Assembly: GCA_035548835.1 (NCBI GenBank)
Contig: DASZSB010000194.1
Span: forward strand, 13,832-77,831
Length of the DNA: 64,000 bases
Origin: Gammaproteobacteria bacterium
Lineage (GTDB): Bacteria; Pseudomonadota; Gammaproteobacteria; Steroidobacterales; Rariloculaceae
Direction of reading: 5' to 3'
A model generated the notes under the pieces. The model saw only the letters and a program-made list of their open reading frames with translations. It was not told the origin of the DNA and did not search any database. Positions within the stretch are counted from its first letter, which is position 1; every line of letters starts with the position of its first letter. Both the position numbers and the translations under genes were made by a program. Shown here one piece after another: positions 54,352 through 63,374 of the stretch.

Positions 54352-55190
54352 TGGCCAGGATCATTGCCGGTATCGGCACGTCGCACACGCCCGCGATCGG
54401 CGCGGCACTCGACAACGGCAAGACGGCGGAGCCGTACTGGGCGCCGGTGTTCCAGGGCTACGAGCCGGCGAAGAAGTGGATGGCGGAGACGGCGCCGGAC
54501 GTCGCGATCGTGGTCTACAACGACCACGTCAACGCGTTCGACTTCAAGATCATCCCCACGTTCGGGCTCGGCTGCGGCGCCGAGTTCCCCATCGCCGACG
54601 AAGGCTGGGGCGCGCGTCCCGTGCCGGTCGTCAAGGGGTATCCCGAGCTCGCGGCGCACCTCGTGCAGTCGCTGGTGCTCGACGAGTTCGATATCACGAT
54701 CGTCAACGAGATGCAGGTGGATCACGGCCTCACGGTGCCGATGTCGCTGCTGTACGGCCAGCCGAAAGCGTGGCCCGTGCGCGTGATCCCGCTCGCCGTC
54801 AACGTGATCCAGTACCCGGCGCCGACCGGTCACCGCTGCTACATGCTCGGCAAGGCCATCCGCAAGGCGGTCGAGAGCTGGGACGAGGACCTCAAGGTGG
54901 TGATCTTCGGCACGGGTGGCATGTCGCATCAGATCCAGGGCCCGCGCGCGGGGCTCATCAACACGCCGTTCGACAAGGCGTTCCTCGACGATCTCACGCG
55001 CGATCCGGAGCGCCTGGCGCGAATTCCGCCGATCGAGTACCTGCGCGAAGCCGGCGCCGAGGCCATCGAGCTCGTGATGTGGCTGATCATGCGCGGCGCG
55101 CTCGGGCCGCGTGCGCGCGAGGTCTACCGTTTCTATCACGTGCCGGCATCCTCGACCGGCGTGGGGCACATCATCCTCGAGAGCACGTGA
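54351..55190 (+). CDS. ligB: protocatechuate 4,5-dioxygenase beta subunit
   Basis: MARIIAGIGTSHTPAIG...VVYNDHVNAF...VDHGLTVP...FGTGGMSHQI matches the family. An ATGA overlap links it to ligA, and ligI and ligC are adjacent. Confidence 0.85.
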   Translation: MARIIAGIGTSHTPAIGAALDNGKTAEPYWAPVFQGYEPAKKWMAETAPDVAIVVYNDHVNAFDFKIIPTFGLGCGAEFPIADEGWGARPVPVVKGYPELAAHLVQSLVLDEFDITIVNEMQVDHGLTVPMSLLYGQPKAWPVRVIPLAVNVIQYPAPTGHRCYMLGKAIRKAVESWDEDLKVVIFGTGGMSHQIQGPRAGLINTPFDKAFLDDLTRDPERLARIPPIEYLREAGAEAIELVMWLIMRGALGPRAREVYRFYHVPASSTGVGHIILEST

Positions 55191-55210
55191 CGTAGAGCTG
55201 CGCCGATCGA

Positions 55211-56089
55211 TCAGTCCGTGAACCCGTACAACCGGTGCGGGTTGTCGACGAGCACCTTCCGCTGCAACGCGGGATCCGGCATGAACAGCGGAATCAGGTC
55301 GACCAGGTCGCCGTCGTTCGGCATGTGCTTCTTGATGTTCGGATGCGGCCAGTCGGTGCCCCACAGGATGCGATCGGGCGCGAGATCGAGCAGCGCGTGC
55401 GCGAACGGCACGGCGTCCGTGAACGGCGGGCCCATCGACGAGATGCGCTCCGCGCCGCAGATCTTGATCCAGCAGTTGTCCATGCGCGCCGCGTTCAGCA
55501 GACGCTTGAACGGCTCCTGATTCAGACCGTCCTTCGTCGGCACTCGACCCATGTGGTCGATGATGAACGGCACGGGCAGCGTGCGCAGCATGTCGTCGAA
55601 CTCGAGCAGATCGGCCGCATCGAAGTGCAGCACCACGTGCCAGTCGAAGTGCGCGGCGCGCGCCACGAGCCGCTGGAACTCGTCCATGTCGGGCGTGCCG
55701 CCGAGATGCTGCACGAAGTTGAAGCGGATGCCGCGGATGCCGCCGGCATGCAGCTCCTCGAAGTCCTTGTCCGTGAACGTCTCGTCGACGTTCGCGACAC
55801 CGCGATAGCGGCCGCCGCTCTGCGCGATCGCATCGAGGATCACGGCGTTGTCGACACCGTGGCAGCTCGCGTTCACGAGCACGGCGCGCGTGAGGCCGAG
55901 CGTCTTCTGCAGCTCGACGAAGCGCTCGAGCGGCGCGTCGGGCGGCGTGTAGCTGCGATCGGCCGCGTACGGGTATTTGTCGCCGGGACCGAAAATGTGG
56001 CAGTGCGCGTCACAGGCGCCGGGCGGCGGACGGTACTTCGGCGTCCGGGTGTTCGGGTCCGGCGCCATGCAGACGGGAATCTCACGCAT
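55211..56089 (-). CDS. ligI: 2-pyrone-4,6-dicarboxylate hydrolase (amidohydrolase family)
   Basis: PKYRPPPGACDAHCHIFGP...ASCHGVDNAVILDAIA...IRFNF...IDHMGR...WGTDWPHPN closely parallels LigI as I recall it. Confidence 0.8.
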   Translation of the reverse strand: MREIPVCMAPDPNTRTPKYRPPPGACDAHCHIFGPGDKYPYAADRSYTPPDAPLERFVELQKTLGLTRAVLVNASCHGVDNAVILDAIAQSGGRYRGVANVDETFTDKDFEELHAGGIRGIRFNFVQHLGGTPDMDEFQRLVARAAHFDWHVVLHFDAADLLEFDDMLRTLPVPFIIDHMGRVPTKDGLNQEPFKRLLNAARMDNCWIKICGAERISSMGPPFTDAVPFAHALLDLAPDRILWGTDWPHPNIKKHMPNDGDLVDLIPLFMPDPALQRKVLVDNPHRLYGFTD

Positions 56090-57026
56090 TGAGGCTCTTC
56101 TCCAGCCGGTCCAGCGTCTCCATCGCGGGCAACACCTGCGCCACGCTGGAACGCGGCTCGCGGCCCTCGCGGATGGCGGCCACGAACTCGCGGTCCTGCA
56201 GCTCGATGCCGTTCATGGACACATCGACGTGCGAGAGATCGATCTTCTGCTCCTTGCCGTCGAAGAGGTCGTCGTAGCGCGCGATGTACGTGCCGTTGTC
56301 GCAGATGTAGCGGAAGAACGTGCCCTGCGGGCCGTCGTTGTTGAACGACAGCGACAGCGTACAGACGGCACCCGACGGCGTGCGCATGCCGATGCTCATG
56401 TCCATCGCGATCTTGAGCTCGGGGTGCATGGGCCCCTGCAGCGCGTGCACCACGGAGGCCGTCTCGCCGGTCTGGTACTGGAACAGATCGACGGTGTGGC
56501 AGGCGTGGTGCCACAGCAGGTGATCCGTCCAGCTGCGCGGCTTGCCCTCGAGATTGATGTTCGTGCGGCGGAAGAAAAACGTCTGCACGACGAGCTGCTG
56601 CAGCTTCAGCTCGCCGGCCTGGATGCGCTTGTGCACCCACTGGTGCGACGGGTTGAAGCGCCGCGTGTGCCCGGCCATCGCGATCCGGCCCGTGGCCTTC
56701 TGCGTCGCGAGGATCCTGCGCGCGTCGGCCAGCGAATCGGCGATCGGAATCTCGATCTCGACGTGCTTGCCGGCCTTCATGACCTGCTCCGCCTGCGCTG
56801 CGTGCACCTGCGTCGGCGACGTCAGGATGGCGGCCTCCACGCCGGGCAGCGCGAGCGCCTCGGCCAGGTCGGTCGTCGAATGCGGGATCCCGTACTGCTT
56901 CGCAACCGCGGCCGTCGATTCCCGGTTGCCGCCGACGAGACTCGCGACCTCGACGCCGGGAATGTTCTTGAGGCCATCGAGGTGTTTGCGGCCAAAAGCG
57001 CCCTGGCCGACCATGACGATCTTCAT
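56082..57026 (-). CDS. ligC: 4-carboxy-2-hydroxymuconate-6-semialdehyde dehydrogenase (Gfo/Idh/MocA family)
   Basis: GAFGRKHLDGLKNIPGVEV..., GHTRRFNPSHQWVHKRIQAGEL...FFFRRTNINLEGKPRSWTDHLLWHHACHTVDLF... and LSLSFNNDGPQGTFFRYICDNGTYIARYDD are near-collinear with LigC as I recall it. The ATG at 57026 has a GGAGAGGGG SD. Confidence 0.85.
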   Translation of the reverse strand: MKIVMVGQGAFGRKHLDGLKNIPGVEVASLVGGNRESTAAVAKQYGIPHSTTDLAEALALPGVEAAILTSPTQVHAAQAEQVMKAGKHVEIEIPIADSLADARRILATQKATGRIAMAGHTRRFNPSHQWVHKRIQAGELKLQQLVVQTFFFRRTNINLEGKPRSWTDHLLWHHACHTVDLFQYQTGETASVVHALQGPMHPELKIAMDMSIGMRTPSGAVCTLSLSFNNDGPQGTFFRYICDNGTYIARYDDLFDGKEQKIDLSHVDVSMNGIELQDREFVAAIREGREPRSSVAQVLPAMETLDRLEKSLNA

Positions 57027-57270
57027 TTCCCCTCTCCGTTTTGATTGCGGGCTCGAGACTCGGCGCACCCGTGCCGCTCGTGCCGCACGGGCATCGAGCC
57101 GTTATCGAGTCGGGCGCGGGAAGTCCGCTGCGAGCGCGTTCGTGTATTATTCGACGGATCAAGGTTAGCACAGTGGCTAAAGGCCGCGAACCCGCTGACC
57201 GGCTCCGCTCGCTGCCGCTGGCAGCGCAGCAACTCGAGGTCACTACTCCTCTTACAGGAGGCATACGCCC

Positions 57271-58710
57271 ATGGCGGAACGCGCAGAGAGCATGACTTTA
57301 CGGACCGATTTTTCGCTGCTGGTCGACGGCAGGCTCGAGCAGAGCGACGAGCACCTCGACGTCGTCAATCCGGCTCTGGGCACGGTGTTCGCACGCTGCC
57401 CCGCGGCCGGCCGCTCGCACCTGGACCGTGCCGTCGCGGCCGCGCGCGCGGCGTTCCCGGCCTGGCGCACGAAGTCGTTCGCCGAGCGCGCCGCGCTCGT
57501 GAAGAAGAGCTCCGAAGTGCTGCGCGCGAAGCAGAACGAGCTCGCGGAGCTGCTCACGCGCGAGCAAGGCAAGCCGCTGTCGCAATCCCTCGCCGAGATC
57601 GACCGCGGCACGGCGCAGTCCGACGGCCTGGTGGGCATCGAGATCCCGACCGAGGTGCTGGTCGACGACAGGCAGAATCACATCGAGCTCAGGTACCGGC
57701 CGCTCGGCGTCGTCGGCATCATCACGCCATGGAACGCACCGATCAGCCTGGCTTTGGGGCCGCTGGTCTCGGCGCTGTACACGGGCAACACCGTCGTGCT
57801 GAAGCCCTCTCCCTACACGCCGCTCACGACGCTGAAGGTGGCGGAGCTCCTGAAGGACGTGTTCCCGCCCGGTGTCATGAACGTGATCGCCGGCGGCGAT
57901 CAGCTCGGCGCGTGGATGACGGAGCATCCCGGCATCGACAAGATTTCGTTCACCGGGTCCGTCGCGACCGGCAAGAAGGTGCTCGCGAGCGCCGCCACCA
58001 CGATGAAGCGCGTGACGCTCGAGCTCGGCGGCAACGACCCGGCCATCATCATGGACGACGTGGACCCGAAGGCCATCGCGAAGAAGGTCTTCTTCGCCTC
58101 GTTCGTGAACAGCGGCCAGGTCTGCATGGCGATCAAGCGCATTTACGCGCACGAGCGCATCTACGACGCGCTCTGCGCGGCGCTCGTCGAGGAAGCGAAG
58201 AAAGCCAAGGTCGGCAACGGCCTCGATCCGGGCACCGAACTCGGCCCTCTGCAGAACAAGATGCAGTACGACAAGGTCGTCGACCTGATCGCCGACACGA
58301 AGAAGGCCGGCGCCAGGTTCCTGACCGGCGGCGAGGTCCCCCAGGGCCCCGGCTATTTCCTGCCGCCCACGCTCGTGACGGACGTCGACGAGTCGAGCCG
58401 CCTCGTGCGCGAGGAGCAGTTCGGACCGATCGTGCCGATCATGAAGTTCAGCGACGTCGAGGATGCGATCCGGCGTGCCAACGACACGCGCTACGGGCTC
58501 TCGGGATCGGTCTGGACGAAGGACACGCAGCGCGGCGCAGAGATCGCCGCGCGGCTCGAGGTCGGCACGGCCTGGGTCAACCAGCACCGCGCGACCTCGG
58601 CCTTCGTGCCTTTCGGCGGCGCGAAGGAATCGGGCCTCGGCCGGGCGTATTCGGCGCTCGGCCTCAAGAGCTACATGGAGCCCGAAGTCGTCAGCGTCGC
58701 AAAGCAGTAG
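57271..58710 (+). CDS. NAD(P)-dependent aldehyde dehydrogenase
   Basis: It has the ALDH motifs FTGSVATGKKV, ELGGNDP and a catalytic Cys region (VNSGQVCMAIKR). AGGAGG lies 9 nt before the ATG. The substrate cannot be read from the sequence. Confidence 0.85.
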   Translation: MAERAESMTLRTDFSLLVDGRLEQSDEHLDVVNPALGTVFARCPAAGRSHLDRAVAAARAAFPAWRTKSFAERAALVKKSSEVLRAKQNELAELLTREQGKPLSQSLAEIDRGTAQSDGLVGIEIPTEVLVDDRQNHIELRYRPLGVVGIITPWNAPISLALGPLVSALYTGNTVVLKPSPYTPLTTLKVAELLKDVFPPGVMNVIAGGDQLGAWMTEHPGIDKISFTGSVATGKKVLASAATTMKRVTLELGGNDPAIIMDDVDPKAIAKKVFFASFVNSGQVCMAIKRIYAHERIYDALCAALVEEAKKAKVGNGLDPGTELGPLQNKMQYDKVVDLIADTKKAGARFLTGGEVPQGPGYFLPPTLVTDVDESSRLVREEQFGPIVPIMKFSDVEDAIRRANDTRYGLSGSVWTKDTQRGAEIAARLEVGTAWVNQHRATSAFVPFGGAKESGLGRAYSALGLKSYMEPEVVSVAKQ

Positions 58711-60211
58711 CTTCCTGCCCGAAGGCGGCCACCACCGTGCGGTCGCCCTCGGCCTTCAGCCGGCGCAGGTCGAGCACGAGATCGTAATTGCCGGGCTGCG
58801 TCGGCGGCAGCGGGCCGGTCTCGAGCCGGTACGACTTGCCGTCGGCCACGGGCGCGGGGAACCGCTCGCGCAGCGCGGTCTTGAACATCTCTTTCGCCGC
58901 CCAGTCCGCGTCGGACGACAGTGAACCGAACTCGTCGTCGTATACCTGCTCCGTCGAGCGATCCTCGATCGTCGGGCGGATGATGTAGACGTCGGTGTCG
59001 GGCGCGAGACGCAACGAGGCCGCCGCCGAGTGGAACAGCGTCCATTCCCGGCTCTGTGGCTCGGCAATCAACGTGAAGGCGTTGTGGTACGCGAGCACGG
59101 CGGCCGAGACCAGCAGCGCGCCGAGCGCCGCGGCCTGCGTCGCCGGACGCACACCGCCGTTGCGCACGACGGAACGCATCGCATACACGAGCAGCACCAG
59201 GAACAGGCCGGACATCGGCAACAGCGTGCGGTAGCCGATGGCCTGGGAGCTCGCGGCGAGGCTCACGCTGTGCCCAACGAACGGCAACGCCAGCAGGCAG
59301 AACAGCCAGCGCAGCTTGTGCGAGCGACCGCGGCCGCCGAAGTGGAAGCCGAGCGCGATGACGCTGCCGAAGACCGCCGTGACGACCCAGAACACCGCGT
59401 GCGTCGCGAACCGGTCGCGCAACTCGAACAACGCGAGCGCGTTCGGCAGCGGATTGCGCACGAACCACAGCAGCTTCTTCAGCGGCTCCGGCTCGATGTG
59501 CATGCGCGCGGCTTCGGGCACCAGGCCTTCGCTGAAGACCACGTGCATCGCCAGCAGGCCAACGACCAGGCTCGCGAACAGGATGCCGATGTGAGTCACG
59601 ACCCAGCGCGCGTGCCCGAAGCGGCGGGCGTCCTCGCGTTCGAGCAGCAACGCCGCGAGAGGCACGATCGCGAACAGCGCGCTGGTCTGGTACGTCAGAC
59701 CCGCAATCACGTACAGCAGCGCGCCCGCGAGCACACCGGCGACACGGCGCGTCCCGCGCTCGGCAAGGTGCGCCTCGACGAGCCAGAAGCCGGCCACCGC
59801 GGCCAGCAGCCCCAGGCTGATGGGCCACGCGATCGCCCAGCCGACGACCACCTGGGCGCCGGGCAGCAACGTCACGCCCGCGCCCACGGCCGCGGCCTCG
59901 ACGGCGCCCCAGCCGATGCGCCGCAGGAAGGCGAAGAGCACCAGTCCCACGCCGGCCAGCAGCGCGATGCTGGTCAGACGCAGCCATTTGAGATCCGGCA
60001 CGTCGTGCACGCCGGCGAGCGAGGCTTCGAGCACGGCCCCATAGACCGGCCGGCCGTTGGAGGTCGTGAGCCGGAACAGCTTGCCGGGCTCCTCGTGCGA
60101 CTCGCGCAGGTGCGCGTAGTCGTCACGAAACCCGTACTCGTGAGTAGCGGTCGGCCAGTAGACGACCACCGGCACAATGGCCAGCAGGGCCGCGAGTAGG
60201 AAAGCCCGCAT
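58691..60211 (-). CDS. GT-C-type membrane glycosyltransferase-like protein (GtrII/ArnT-like) with C-terminal periplasmic domain
   Basis: About 12 predicted helices are followed by a soluble domain of roughly 130 aa. An acidic first-loop motif (YGFRDDYAHL) resembles the DD/DE loop of GT-C enzymes. An ATGA overlap links it to the upstream methyltransferase gene. Confidence 0.6.
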   Translation of the reverse strand: MRAFLLAALLAIVPVVVYWPTATHEYGFRDDYAHLRESHEEPGKLFRLTTSNGRPVYGAVLEASLAGVHDVPDLKWLRLTSIALLAGVGLVLFAFLRRIGWGAVEAAAVGAGVTLLPGAQVVVGWAIAWPISLGLLAAVAGFWLVEAHLAERGTRRVAGVLAGALLYVIAGLTYQTSALFAIVPLAALLLEREDARRFGHARWVVTHIGILFASLVVGLLAMHVVFSEGLVPEAARMHIEPEPLKKLLWFVRNPLPNALALFELRDRFATHAVFWVVTAVFGSVIALGFHFGGRGRSHKLRWLFCLLALPFVGHSVSLAASSQAIGYRTLLPMSGLFLVLLVYAMRSVVRNGGVRPATQAAALGALLVSAAVLAYHNAFTLIAEPQSREWTLFHSAAASLRLAPDTDVYIIRPTIEDRSTEQVYDDEFGSLSSDADWAAKEMFKTALRERFPAPVADGKSYRLETGPLPPTQPGNYDLVLDLRRLKAEGDRTVVAAFGQEATALRR

Positions 60212-60936
60212 CAACCCCCCGATCTCTTGCTCGCGCGCACATAGTACTGCGCGCCGAGCGGTAGCCAGGTGAGCCACTTCTCGGTCGGCCGCAGGCTACG
60301 CGCCCAGTGGGGGAAGAATATCCGGTAACGCACGTCGGCGGCAGCGAATCCCGCGGCCACGGCCCGCCGCCGCATCTCGGGGGCGCGCACCAGCACTGCG
60401 TGCTCGTCGAATATGCACGTGTTCACGGCGTGCCGGGTCAGTGGATTCAAGGGGTTATGCTCGAAAACCAGCAGCAGGCCGTCGTCCTTCAGGACCCGCC
60501 GTATCTCCGCGAGCAGCGCCACGTGCTCGTCGTGCGGGATGTGGTGGAACACGCAGGAGGCCAGGGCCACGTCGAAAGTGCGGTCGGCATACGGTATGCG
60601 CTTGCCGTCGAAGTGACGGAAATCGGCCGCCGAGCCGTGCCTGGCGGCACCGATATCGAGGCTCTTCTGCGAGACATCGAGGCACGTCACGCGGGCACCG
60701 GGCATGTGGCGGGCGAAGAACGGCACGGAATAGCCGACGCCGGCCCCGAAATCGAGCACGGCCGCGCGCTCGACGGCGCCGCCGCGCGCGCGCGCAAGCT
60801 CCGCTGCGACGTCGACGATCTTGTACTCCGCGAAATACTCCGGGCTCTCGCCCGAAGCCTTGATGCTGGCCGCGTGCAGGGAACGGTATTCCGCGGCGAA
60901 CTTGTCGAATTCGGCTTCTTCCACGTCGACCCTCAC
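60211..60936 (-). CDS. class I SAM-dependent methyltransferase
   Basis: It has SAM motif I (VLDFGAGVGYS) and post-I/II/III motifs (VTCLDVS, DVALASCVFHHI, LKDDGLLLVFEHN). The GTG start forms a GTGA overlap with the upstream stop. Confidence 0.75.
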   Translation of the reverse strand: MRVDVEEAEFDKFAAEYRSLHAASIKASGESPEYFAEYKIVDVAAELARARGGAVERAAVLDFGAGVGYSVPFFARHMPGARVTCLDVSQKSLDIGAARHGSAADFRHFDGKRIPYADRTFDVALASCVFHHIPHDEHVALLAEIRRVLKDDGLLLVFEHNPLNPLTRHAVNTCIFDEHAVLVRAPEMRRRAVAAGFAAADVRYRIFFPHWARSLRPTEKWLTWLPLGAQYYVRASKRSGG

Positions 60937-61775
60937 ACGTCCCTGTAGGACACGAGTTGCGCACCGCGCGCCGCAATGAGCGCGCGAATCCGCGGGCTCG
61001 TCAGCGCCGCGCGCTCGGCACTCCACGAGTACTGCCAGTAACCTTCGGCCGCGCGCGCATCGTCGCCGCCGGGGTGGCACATCAGCTCCACGGTGCCGCG
61101 CGCCGGCAGCCGGCCGAGCACCGTCGCGAGACTGGCCTCATCGAGCCGGCCTCCGAAATAGAACCCGACGAACGAGTCGCTGCGCCGCAGCGACTTCAGC
61201 GGCGACAAGGCACAGACCATTCCCAGCACGACCTGTTCCGCGAGCCTGCGCACATCGTGCAGATTGCGCAGCATGTAGGCACTCACACGCTCCGCGGGAT
61301 AGCGCACTGCGCCGATGCCGTATTTCGCGGCCAGCTCGACCACGACGGCCGCAATGCCGGGCAGCACGTGCACGTGCTGGTGGCCGTCGAGATGGCTCAC
61401 GGCGATGCCGGCGTCGCGGACCTTGCGGATCTGCGCGTCGAGCTCCGCGCGCACCTCCGCGAGCCGCACCTTGCCGCGCAGATGGCGGCCCGCGAACTGC
61501 ACGAGGTGCGGCGGGAAACGGCCGTCCGGCCCCACCAGGCTGACCGCGGCGGCGCCGGTCAGCGGCCGCTGCTCGGTCAGCGTCAGGTGCACGCCGACGT
61601 CGAGCGTCGGGTACGACTTTGCGAGCGTCACGGCGTGCTCGAATGCCGGGCCGGTCGCCATGATCGAGGCCGAGGTCACGATGCCGCGCTCGTGCGCCTC
61701 GACGACGCCGCGGTTCACGTCCTCGGTCATGCCGAAGTCGTCTGCGTTGACGATCAGTCGCAGCCCCGCGCTCAC
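60933..61775 (-). CDS. YdjC/ChbG/HpnK-family carbohydrate deacetylase
   Basis: LIVNADDFGMTEDVNRGVVEAHERGIVTSASIM...DVGVHLTLT...HLDGHQHVH is the YdjC signature. The GTG start forms a GTGA overlap with the gtrA-like stop. Confidence 0.8.
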   Translation of the reverse strand: MSAGLRLIVNADDFGMTEDVNRGVVEAHERGIVTSASIMATGPAFEHAVTLAKSYPTLDVGVHLTLTEQRPLTGAAAVSLVGPDGRFPPHLVQFAGRHLRGKVRLAEVRAELDAQIRKVRDAGIAVSHLDGHQHVHVLPGIAAVVVELAAKYGIGAVRYPAERVSAYMLRNLHDVRRLAEQVVLGMVCALSPLKSLRRSDSFVGFYFGGRLDEASLATVLGRLPARGTVELMCHPGGDDARAAEGYWQYSWSAERAALTSPRIRALIAARGAQLVSYRDV

Positions 61776-62257
61776 GCGCGCCTCACGACGACGTCCGGCA
61801 CTTCCGGTCGGGCGAACGCCCAGAGCCGAAAGCCCAGGTAGTTGGTGACGGTGATGAGGCCCGCGAGCGGCAGCCACACAGCCAGCTCCGGGAAATGCAG
61901 CCGATCCACGAGCACGAACATGATGACGGTGCCTAAGATCAGGCTCACGGCGTTCACGATCACGAAGCGCACGCCCTGGCCCACGATGCCGCCGTCGGTG
62001 GCGCGGAACGCCCACCAGCGGTTCAGCCAGAAGCTGTTGAGCATGCCCGCGAAGTACGCGAGCACATTGGCCACGGCGCCCTCGGCGCCGACCGCCTCAC
62101 CCGCCTGCCCCGCGACCGGCAGGTACAGCGCGGCGGCAATCCGGTCGAGCGGCAGGTAGTGGTAGCAGAGATAGAACGCGACCAGGCTCACGACGAAGTT
62201 CGTGCAGCCGACGAGCGCAAACCGCGGCGCAGGATGCTGCATGTCGACGTCGGCCAT
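61772..62257 (-). CDS. GtrA-family membrane protein (polyprenyl-phosphate-sugar flippase-like)
   Basis: The 161 aa product has four helices. RFALVGCTNFVVSL and NSFWLNRWWAF are GtrA-family motifs. Confidence 0.8.
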   Translation of the reverse strand: MADVDMQHPAPRFALVGCTNFVVSLVAFYLCYHYLPLDRIAAALYLPVAGQAGEAVGAEGAVANVLAYFAGMLNSFWLNRWWAFRATDGGIVGQGVRFVIVNAVSLILGTVIMFVLVDRLHFPELAVWLPLAGLITVTNYLGFRLWAFARPEVPDVVVRRA

Positions 62258-62266
62258 GCGCTGCGG

Positions 62267-63256
62267 CTAAGGCTCGGCCCGGAAGTCGACCACCGCGCCG
62301 CGGCGCGCACGCTTGTCGCTGGCAGCAACTGCCGTGCGCGTGGTCTCGCGCACCAGGAACCGCGGCCGCCGGCGCACTTCGACCGCGATGCGGCCGACAT
62401 ACTCCGCCAGCACCGCGAGGAACACGAACAGTACGCCGAACAGGAACGACGAAATCGCGACCGACGACGCCCAGCCCGGAATCGCTTCCTTGTCGAGCCA
62501 CTTGCCGAGGATGGCGTAGCACACGCCGAGAAATGCGATCGTCGAGGAGATCAGCCCGATCACGATGCCGATGCGCAGCGGCACCAGCGAGAATGCACTC
62601 ACACCGTGCCAGCCGAGCTGCAGCATCTTCGTGAGGTTGTACTTGCTCGAGCCCGCGTAGCGCTCACCGCAATCGAACGGCACGCTGGCCGTGGCATAGC
62701 CCACCCAGTGCACGATGCCGCGCAGGAACAGCCCCTCTTCCTCGAACTGCAGGATCTCGTCCAGCACCTGCCGGTCGAGCAGGCGGAAGTCCGCGGCGCC
62801 GGGCTCGATCTCGACGCCGCTCAGGAAGGCGAACAGCTTGTAGTAGGCGCGTGAGGTCTTGCGCTTGAACCACGAGAGATTCGGGGGATCGCGGCGCACT
62901 GCGTGCACGATCTGGTAGCCCTCGCGCCACTTGGCCACGAGGTCGGGCAGCAGCTCCGGCGGGTGCTGCAGGTCCGCGTCCATCATGATCACGGCCTGGC
63001 CGCGCGCGGCCGCGAGCCCCGCCATCAGCGCGCTCTGGTGACCGAAATTCCGCGACAGCCGAACCCCGCGCACACGCGCGTCGTTCGAATTCAGGACCGA
63101 GATCGCCGCCCACGTGGCATCGGCACTGCCATCGTCGACGAAGATCAGCTCCCAGTCGTCGCGGCCCACGACCCCATCCATGATCTCGGCGACCCGCCGG
63201 TGGAGAACCTCGAGGTTGCGCTCCTCGTTGTAGGCAGGTACGACTATGGAGATCAT
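62267..63256 (-). CDS. family 2 glycosyltransferase, polyprenyl-phosphate sugar synthase type (GtrB/ArnC-like)
   Basis: ISIVVPAYNEE...LIFVDDGSADAT...MDADLQHPPE are the DXD and GT2 motifs. Two C-terminal transmembrane helices match the GtrB/ArnC/DPM1 architecture. I placed the start at MISIVV (63256). Confidence 0.85.
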   Translation of the reverse strand: MISIVVPAYNEERNLEVLHRRVAEIMDGVVGRDDWELIFVDDGSADATWAAISVLNSNDARVRGVRLSRNFGHQSALMAGLAAARGQAVIMMDADLQHPPELLPDLVAKWREGYQIVHAVRRDPPNLSWFKRKTSRAYYKLFAFLSGVEIEPGAADFRLLDRQVLDEILQFEEEGLFLRGIVHWVGYATASVPFDCGERYAGSSKYNLTKMLQLGWHGVSAFSLVPLRIGIVIGLISSTIAFLGVCYAILGKWLDKEAIPGWASSVAISSFLFGVLFVFLAVLAEYVGRIAVEVRRRPRFLVRETTRTAVAASDKRARRGAVVDFRAEP

Positions 63257-63374
63257 GGCGCGCCCTTGCGATTGCATGCGATGCCCTGACTTTTGACGGA
63301 CTCTTTGGACCCACGTTCCCGCGGGCGGCGGGATGGAGAATTACTGTAAAACGCGGGTGGATAATAGCACCGAC

